From the IMG/VR virus record IMGVR_UViG_3300042484_002353, positions 1-63,199 of that record: a stretch of DNA of 63,199 nucleotides; one strand, given 5' to 3'. Source of the DNA: a virus. Its lineage: Duplodnaviria; Caudoviricetes. Positions 57,447-63,199 of the stretch are shown here, one piece after another; positions within the stretch are counted from its first letter, which is position 1, and each line of letters begins with the position of its first letter. Both the position numbers and the translations under genes were made by a program. The notes beneath the pieces are model-generated. The model saw only the letters and a list, made by a program, of their open reading frames with translations. It was not told where the DNA came from and searched no databases.

Positions 57447-58184
57447 TTAGTTAAAAGAATAGGTAATTGAACCCACTGTGGCATCTTTGTACAGACGTGA
57501 TCCACCAATGGTATTAGTGCCCTGGAAGGTTGTGGTCATACCGGTGTTGGTGTAGTAACGAACACCCAGATCCCAGCCCCGGGCCACGGCGTAGGTTAAT
57601 CCCAGGTTCATGTCATTGTAGCTGAAATCTCTGTTGTTGGCCACTGTGGTTTGACCGTAATGGGCAACCACGCTGAGGTTCTGTAATGATTTAGATAACA
57701 GACCCAACGACTGTTTGACATCAGCTTGTACATAGCTGGTGCCTGTGCTGTTGTTGATGCCAAAGTAGTTGCTCAATGACTGGCTGTACTTGACTGTCAG
57801 TGGACCATATCCCAGACCAGCATACAATTCCTGTGTATTAAAACGTGAATCGGTGCTGTTGTCCCGACCCATGTAGAAATAGTTGTATGAACCCACATCA
57901 ACTGTCAGGCCCCGATACACATCCTTCCGCCAACCTGCATACAGATCGCTTTCCAAGCCTGTGCTATTGGGGTATAATGCTGAACTGACAGAACTGTTCC
58001 AGTTACCCACATACAAACCACTGGAGTGTTTGTAGTCAACGCCACCCTGTACTGCTGCACCGTTGTTACTCTGGCTGACGCCGCGGAAACGATAGTCGCT
58101 GGTTAGACCAGCATTGACGCTTAGTTGGGCATGTGCAGTTGAGAAACCCACAGCCAATAGTAATGCTAAAAAGATCTTCTTCAT
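57447..58184 (-). CDS. TorF/Gcw_chp-family putative outer-membrane porin
   Basis: Signal peptide; SDYRFRGVSQ; AVQGGVDY....GLYVGNWNSSV; E.DLYAG; aromatic beta-signal C-terminus. Confidence 0.85.
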   Translation of the reverse strand: MKKIFLALLLAVGFSTAHAQLSVNAGLTSDYRFRGVSQSNNGAAVQGGVDYKHSSGLYVGNWNSSVSSALYPNSTGLESDLYAGWRKDVYRGLTVDVGSYNYFYMGRDNSTDSRFNTQELYAGLGYGPLTVKYSQSLSNYFGINNSTGTSYVQADVKQSLGLLSKSLQNLSVVAHYGQTTVANNRDFSYNDMNLGLTYAVARGWDLGVRYYTNTGMTTTFQGTNTIGGSRLYKDATVGSITYSFN

Positions 58185-58223
58185 TTACTTCTCCTTATTA
58201 ACGATGAAATTCGTCATCGTAGT

Positions 58224-58252
58224 ATTATATAGCGTTGGTTTCGCTGTGTCAA
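58224..58252 (-). promoter_or_regulatory. Perfect-consensus sigma70 promoter for the porin gene
   Basis: TTGACA (58247-58252), 17 nt, TATAAT (58224-58229), with an AT-rich upstream region. Confidence 0.8.
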
Positions 58253-58327
58253 ATAAAATATTTTGAGGTTACTTCAGAATGATGCTGATTGATGGGGTCA
58301 CCGAACGATGACCCCGATGTCCGGTTT

Positions 58328-58606
58328 TTAAGCGGCGTCTTCCAGAGTTTGTTCAACTCCGGATTCTACTAGAAAACGGTCCCAGAATGCCTTCCATACT
58401 GGATCCACTGGTGGATGTGTGGCCACAGTTACATCATATCCCTCCACCATAGTTTTGGTGCGAGCTGCACTGGCAGTGTATTCTGCACGATCGGCTTCTG
58501 ATTGTGCTGCTAACCAGGTCTGCAATAATACCCAACGCTCAGTGATTGATATCAGGGTTTTTGACCCATCTTCGTTAATTTTTTTATATATGTAGTTAAC
58601 AGCCAT
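58328..58606 (-). CDS. Hypothetical protein
   Basis: AAGGA RBS and upstream TAAATA. Confidence 0.6.
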   Translation of the reverse strand: MAVNYIYKKINEDGSKTLISITERWVLLQTWLAAQSEADRAEYTASAARTKTMVEGYDVTVATHPPVDPVWKAFWDRFLVESGVEQTLEDAA

Positions 58607-58691
58607 TTTTGGTTTCCTTAAAAACTGTCCTTCTGTATACTTATTTATTCCTGATGCTCATAAATACTTTAGTATCTTCAAGGAGCGAACC

Positions 58692-58973
58692 ATGAATGAA
58701 GCATTCAAACTTATATCAGATCTGGGATTTCCCATTGCAGCCGCCATGGCCGGCGGCTATTTCGTATACCTAACCATCAAATTGTTATTGGCAGGAGTAT
58801 TAAGCTCAGTCAAAGGCATGGCTGGCATCATCACTGCACTGGACAATCGTGTTAAAACCATGAACCACGATGTTGTGCGTATCGATGCTGTAGTCAGTAA
58901 TGCCCTGGGCCTGCGTCCTGATGTAGAGCGTATTGCTCGTGCGGATGGCAAAAACGACGCAAGACGTGACTAA
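58692..58973 (+). CDS. Small single-TM membrane protein, paralogue of 59722-60045
   Basis: LISDLGFPIAAA...ALDNRVKTMNHDVVRI. Confidence 0.7.
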   Translation: MNEAFKLISDLGFPIAAAMAGGYFVYLTIKLLLAGVLSSVKGMAGIITALDNRVKTMNHDVVRIDAVVSNALGLRPDVERIARADGKNDARRD

Positions 58974-58984
58974 TCGAGAAAACT

Positions 58985-59149
58985 ATGACCATCGCAGACA
59001 TCAGACTATTAAATGCTGCCACCAACCTTCATGAGATCGCCCGAATCGTTGAACAAGACCTGGGCATCAGTGATATAAGTAAGAGCATAAGAACAGCAGC
59101 AGACCAATTATTTCAAGTGATCAAAGGAGATGAGAGTGGCACTGATTGA
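58985..59149 (+). CDS. Small hypothetical protein
   Basis: Not in the ORF track. Reads MTIADIRLLNAATNLHEIAR... (54 aa). Confidence 0.5.
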   Translation: MTIADIRLLNAATNLHEIARIVEQDLGISDISKSIRTAADQLFQVIKGDESGTD

Positions 59150-59720
59150 TACAGTATTAAACATGGTGACAAAACAAAGGAAAGATCCAGACGCACCCAA
59201 GCCAGCACCCGGTTCGCGTTCAGAGCGAGAGGCGAAAATCAAAGACAAAGCAGGTATGGTCATCAACGTGTTTGCTCTGCTACTAGCAGTCAACACATAC
59301 TTTGGTAATCAGTACAGTAGCTTGATCCTGAACAACACCATCAAGGCAAACGATACCTGGGCGTTCTATCAGGCCAAGTCACTGAAGCAGACCATGGCAG
59401 AGTATGCACAGGAAGATGCTGTTCGTGTGGGTGATCGAAAACGTGCTGAAGAATTACAGGTCAAAATTGATCGTTATGAAACAGAACCCAAGGAAGGCAA
59501 ACGTGACTTGATGGTGTTTGCCAAGCAGTTGGAACATGACCGCGATCAGGCCAAGCAGAAGTCACCCTGGACCAGTTATGCCAGCACAGCATTTCAACTG
59601 AGCATTGTGTTGTTGTCTGCCAGTATTTTAGCAGTCAGCATGTCGTTGTTTTGGGGTAGTTTTGTAGTGGCCGGGCTGGGGGTATTACTGATGAGCCAGG
59701 GCATCTGGTTGTGGATATAA
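59130..59720 (+). CDS. DUF4337-like membrane protein
   Basis: TM - A.D.WAFYQAKS.K - coiled coil - Q.SIVL.SAS - two TM helices. Confidence 0.7.
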   Translation: MRVALIDTVLNMVTKQRKDPDAPKPAPGSRSEREAKIKDKAGMVINVFALLLAVNTYFGNQYSSLILNNTIKANDTWAFYQAKSLKQTMAEYAQEDAVRVGDRKRAEELQVKIDRYETEPKEGKRDLMVFAKQLEHDRDQAKQKSPWTSYASTAFQLSIVLLSASILAVSMSLFWGSFVVAGLGVLLMSQGIWLWI

Positions 59721-59721
59721 C

Positions 59722-60045
59722 ATGGACAATATAGCAGACCTAATTAGTAAATACGGATTCCCCATTGTGGCGGCAGTGGGCATGGGCATGATGATCAAAT
59801 ATGTCTGGGTCTGGGTTACTACAGAAATCAAACCAGTTATATCAGATGCCAACACAGTTCTTATCGCACTGATTGATCGTATTCGTATGCTGGACAACGA
59901 CTTGATCAGACTTAACCAGAAAGTCAATACAGTATTACACCTACGTGGTAAGACCATTGAATACGAGCGTGTAGAAGCAGAAGAAGCCATTAACAAGAAG
60001 AACAAAACAGAGGATGCTAAAAGTGCATCCTCTGGTGAAAGTTAA
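59722..60045 (+). CDS. Small single-TM membrane protein
   Basis: LISKYGFPIVAA...ALIDRIRMLDNDLIRL. Confidence 0.7.
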   Translation: MDNIADLISKYGFPIVAAVGMGMMIKYVWVWVTTEIKPVISDANTVLIALIDRIRMLDNDLIRLNQKVNTVLHLRGKTIEYERVEAEEAINKKNKTEDAKSASSGES

Positions 60046-62100
60046 TTATTTCGTTGTAGCGACGTACACACCATCCCAATCCCGCGGTAACTTGCGGGAT
60101 TTCATTTCCTTACAGCGTTCAATCCAGATCTCGTAGTAGTGATCCATCTGGCCATCAAACTCACCAATTAGGTTCTGACACATGACGACCGCATCATCAA
60201 ACCGCTGATCGCGATAGCATTGCAGCATGGCATCGTGTTCCAATCTGCCCATCTCGTATTCGCCATGACTACCGGCATGTATGATCAATGGAGCATAGAT
60301 ACGTAGACCCACAGTCTTGCCCTTGACAGCAATGTTGTCCAACTCCAGGGCAAATACACGATCCTGAACCTGCTGGTATGTATTGGGACCAATGATCAAC
60401 AATACTCCATAACCCTTGGTCTGTCCTTCCAGTCTGGCTGCTGTGCTCACACTGTCGCCTAATACGTCATAACCAAATTTAGTTTTGGCACCAATGTTAC
60501 CTATCAGTGTCTCGCCTGTATTGACGCCGGCACCCATGCCCACGGGCGGGCGACCACTGGCCACCAATTCTACGTTGAAATCTTCTATGGCCTGGATCAT
60601 CTGTTGCGCTGTCTTCACTGCGGTGTATGCATGGTCAGGATCATCCAGTGGAGCACCGTGTACATGCAATGACGCATCACCAATGAACTTGATCAGTGTG
60701 CCATCGTTCTTCAACACTGGTACACTCAGGGCCGTCATGTAGTCGTTCATGATCTGTGTGAGCCCTTCCACATCATCTCCGAAGCTTTCGCCCAGAGTGG
60801 TAAATCCACGTAGGTCTGTCATGACGATACTTAATTCCTTACGCTCTCCGCCCAACTTAATCAATTCGGGATTCTTTTGTAATCGTTCCACAATGGTGGG
60901 ATTGACGTAGCTGCCAAACTGCCGTTTGATCTGTTGCTTCTGTAAGAACTCTGACACAAACTTGACCACGTAGGCATGTAATCCTGTCAGTACCAGTCCT
61001 ATTGTAAGCCAAGTAGCGTCAAACAATATGAGGTCAGTATGGAAAGCATACCAACTGCCCCCAACCCCACAAACAACAATGAGAACAAAGCTAAAAATAC
61101 CCACATAGATCCACCTCGCTAATAGAATAATCAAGACGCCGGCCAGGACCAATGCCAGTAATTCAGCACCGTCTGCCCAGTCTGGACGTTGTATGTTTAC
61201 GCCATTGGCCATGGTGCCTATCACTGTGGCTTGTACATAATGAGGAAATTGTGCTCCAGCGGCTGTGGGCACAGGATTACTGATGCCTGCTGCTGTGGGG
61301 CCAACTATGACAATGGCACCTTCCAACCGTTCCGGCAAGTTTAATATGCCGATTGACTGCGGCTGTTGACTCCAGTCGATCCAGATACGACCAAAGTTGT
61401 CGGTGGCCACAGGACCAAACCGGGGTATACGCATCTTCTCTACACCCTGCTCGTTCAACTTGACTTGGAATGTAGTGTCAGCAGCAGCCACACGTAGGAC
61501 TTCCATGGCCAGACTGGGATATAACTTATCGCCCACAGCCATAATCAGTGGCAGACGACGATTGACACCATCAATCTCAGGCAATGTACTGACTATACCA
61601 ATACCAGCCGCAGCATCTTCCAGAGATTTTACGTTGGCTATGATGCCGGGATACTGTATGATACGATCCAGATATTCAGGATTTAATACTGCTGATCCAG
61701 GATTGCGTGGTGCGTTCTTGGTTGCCTGTGCTGGTACGCTGACCAGTACCACTGGCATATCGCCCATGAGTTTGGCCAATTTGGCATCGCCACCTTGTCT
61801 GTCTGTTTCTGACATCATAACATTCAGTACCACAAGCCCAGCACCACGAGCATATAGATCACGAACTAGGTCAGCATACACCGCACGGTTAAGTGGCCAT
61901 TGGCCGTACTGGTCTATGGCTGCTTCGTCTATGTTGGCTGTGAATATGTTCAGAGGTTTTACAGGTTGACTGGTGATCAGCTGGTCAAAATATCTCAGTC
62001 GAACTGATTCCACAAAAGAGTAATCAGCCACACGTATACCCAAAACCAATGTCAATGTAATTAATGCTGTCCAGGGGCTGAGTAGAATTCGCTTAATCAT
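60046..62100 (-). CDS. CHASE2-domain class III adenylate/guanylate cyclase
   Basis: IDE.....GQWP..R and DGV.RR (CHASE2); three TM helices; TDLRGFT, KFIGDA, GD.V..AARLE and VKGK. Confidence 0.9.
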   Translation of the reverse strand: MIKRILLSPWTALITLTLVLGIRVADYSFVESVRLRYFDQLITSQPVKPLNIFTANIDEAAIDQYGQWPLNRAVYADLVRDLYARGAGLVVLNVMMSETDRQGGDAKLAKLMGDMPVVLVSVPAQATKNAPRNPGSAVLNPEYLDRIIQYPGIIANVKSLEDAAAGIGIVSTLPEIDGVNRRLPLIMAVGDKLYPSLAMEVLRVAAADTTFQVKLNEQGVEKMRIPRFGPVATDNFGRIWIDWSQQPQSIGILNLPERLEGAIVIVGPTAAGISNPVPTAAGAQFPHYVQATVIGTMANGVNIQRPDWADGAELLALVLAGVLIILLARWIYVGIFSFVLIVVCGVGGSWYAFHTDLILFDATWLTIGLVLTGLHAYVVKFVSEFLQKQQIKRQFGSYVNPTIVERLQKNPELIKLGGERKELSIVMTDLRGFTTLGESFGDDVEGLTQIMNDYMTALSVPVLKNDGTLIKFIGDASLHVHGAPLDDPDHAYTAVKTAQQMIQAIEDFNVELVASGRPPVGMGAGVNTGETLIGNIGAKTKFGYDVLGDSVSTAARLEGQTKGYGVLLIIGPNTYQQVQDRVFALELDNIAVKGKTVGLRIYAPLIIHAGSHGEYEMGRLEHDAMLQCYRDQRFDDAVVMCQNLIGEFDGQMDHYYEIWIERCKEMKSRKLPRDWDGVYVATTK

Positions 62101-62783
62101 CGGGCGTGTGCCTGTAGTGCTTTTTTGTCGAACACAGGGTCAGTGAACACTATCACTGGGCCACGCATCATGATATTTTCATCGTGTATGTCCGGTCGAT
62201 AACCTGGTTGGGAGGTGAATTTAACCAGTATATCCAGTGCTGGTATAAATTCGGGATGGGCTTTACAATAGGCTATAAATCCATTATGTCGTCGGTACAT
62301 GACATCACTGTCAATCAGCGCACCGGCCGATACTCGTTCGATTATTGCGTCATTGACCACCGCATTGATTTGTCTCAGCAAACTGTATGCAGTCTCGTCA
62401 ATGCGAGACAACCTTTCCATTCTGACGGCCATGACTCCGGGCACAATGGGAAATGGTTTAGAGCTGATAAATCGGGGCATGTGCGGGTTGCTTTTGAGTT
62501 GAATTGCAGTGGCAACCCAATTGGTATATGCAATGTCATCGGCAGTAAATACCTTCAACACATACGACAATTTGGGGTGTTCCCATACTGTGCCAAATGT
62601 ACCTGAGCCCAGTGATCGGAAGTCATTGTTGTACAGCACCTTGTGCCATTCTGTACCCAAGGGAAATTCGGCCACTCTTGCTGGATTTCTTGGTAAGTCT
62701 CGAGTTTGATTTTTAATACCAATCAGCTCCGCCAGATTTTCTTCTTCTAGAGCATTTTCTAATATGATGTCTGAGATTTTCAT
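62097..62783 (-). CDS. Protein kinase-like enzyme (T7 gp0.7-like pattern)
   Basis: LGSGTFGTV, VLK, MERL, DIHDEN.M and TDP motifs; leader MKISDIILE. Confidence 0.75.
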   Translation of the reverse strand: MKISDIILENALEEENLAELIGIKNQTRDLPRNPARVAEFPLGTEWHKVLYNNDFRSLGSGTFGTVWEHPKLSYVLKVFTADDIAYTNWVATAIQLKSNPHMPRFISSKPFPIVPGVMAVRMERLSRIDETAYSLLRQINAVVNDAIIERVSAGALIDSDVMYRRHNGFIAYCKAHPEFIPALDILVKFTSQPGYRPDIHDENIMMRGPVIVFTDPVFDKKALQAHAR

Positions 62784-62785
62784 TT

Positions 62786-63199
62786 TTATTGTACCGGATC
62801 AGTTATTACCATGTCGTCGCCTCGACGCATACAATTGCCCGGGTGGAAATCGTTTCCATGGCTTTGCATACTATGCCATGCAATATCCAATGCTGCCATC
62901 CAATCAGGGTGGGTTTTGCAATATTGTTCAAAATACTTATACTCTGGTAGATACGCTAACTTACCAGCAAGTCGTGATGGTGGCTGACTGGCCCCCAAGG
63001 CGCCTTCCAGCAGTCGATCTGATACTGTGTGTACTTTTAAAAATACACCATCTATGGGGACCAATGGTTCCATTCTAATTGCAACAATATCCTGAGTAAT
63101 ACGCACCATTCGTTTGCTGACAAATCGTGGCATATGTGGGTTGTTTTTATTTGCCATGGCAACTTTTATCCACTCAGCGTAGGCCACATCCTCCGAGCG
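62786..63199 (-). CDS. Protein kinase-like paralogue, 3' part (start lies outside the window)
   Basis: NPHMPRF, RMEPL, DFHPGN.M and TDP shared with 62097-62783. Confidence 0.7.
   Translation of the reverse strand, partial: RSEDVAYAEWIKVAMANKNNPHMPRFVSKRMVRITQDIVAIRMEPLVPIDGVFLKVHTVSDRLLEGALGASQPPSRLAGKLAYLPEYKYFEQYCKTHPDWMAALDIAWHSMQSHGNDFHPGNCMRRGDDMVITDPVQ

Noticed and set aside
58293-58316. GGGGTCA/TGACCCC hairpin as a tRNA or ncRNA
   Set aside because: Single stem with no cloverleaf; probably a terminator or processing hairpin. No tRNA was recognised anywhere by eye.
1-63199. Stop-codon reassignment, as seen in some large phages
   Set aside because: Recognisable genes are full length in the standard code, and TAA, TAG and TGA all end genes.
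1-63199. Bacterial chromosome interpretation (clpA, dnaJ, infA, sod, erpA, dps)
   Set aside because: These genes lack their normal operon context and lie among fibre/baseplate genes, T4-like late promoters and dense small ORFs.

Overview
This gene-dense window, mostly on the minus strand, reads as a segment of a large (jumbo-like) T4-related tailed phage genome. No capsid, terminase or portal gene is present, so the assignment is inferred from baseplate and fibre genes with T4 gp9/gp10-like N-termini, recurrent (TA)TAAATA late promoters, a clamp loader, an ATP-dependent ligase, PhoH, MazG and many small tightly coupled ORFs. A betaproteobacterial host is a guess based on the Bug/TctC and TorF-like genes. 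Layout: (1) 0.1-9.9 kb, a probable late operon with three modular GVAE-punctuated proteins, Dps, two Pro/Tyr-rich lipoproteins and three twitch-type radical SAM enzymes. A 28-aa Tyr/Pro-rich peptide ORF missing from the ORF track is coupled between two of the radical SAM genes, and a structured RNA-like element lies before the third. (2) 10-23.7 kb, glycosyltransferase, ClpA, DnaJ, a TctC plus modification-enzyme cluster and PhoH. (3) 23.7-28.2 kb, early genes with repeated promoter/operator cassettes. (4) 28.2-33 kb, radical SAM, clamp loader, GroES, DnaE fragment and MazG. (5) 33-44 kb, baseplate and fibre genes. (6) 44-57.4 kb, ErpA, SOD, IF-1, HNH, phosphoesterase, an array of small FxLRW-ending genes and DNA ligase. 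(7) 57.4-63.2 kb, TorF porin, membrane proteins, a CHASE2 adenylate cyclase and two kinase-like paralogues. The strongest leads are a candidate phage-encoded radical-SAM peptide-modification (RiPP-like) locus and a modular capsid-cargo polyprotein system. All function calls rest on motif recognition by eye; no database searches were run.
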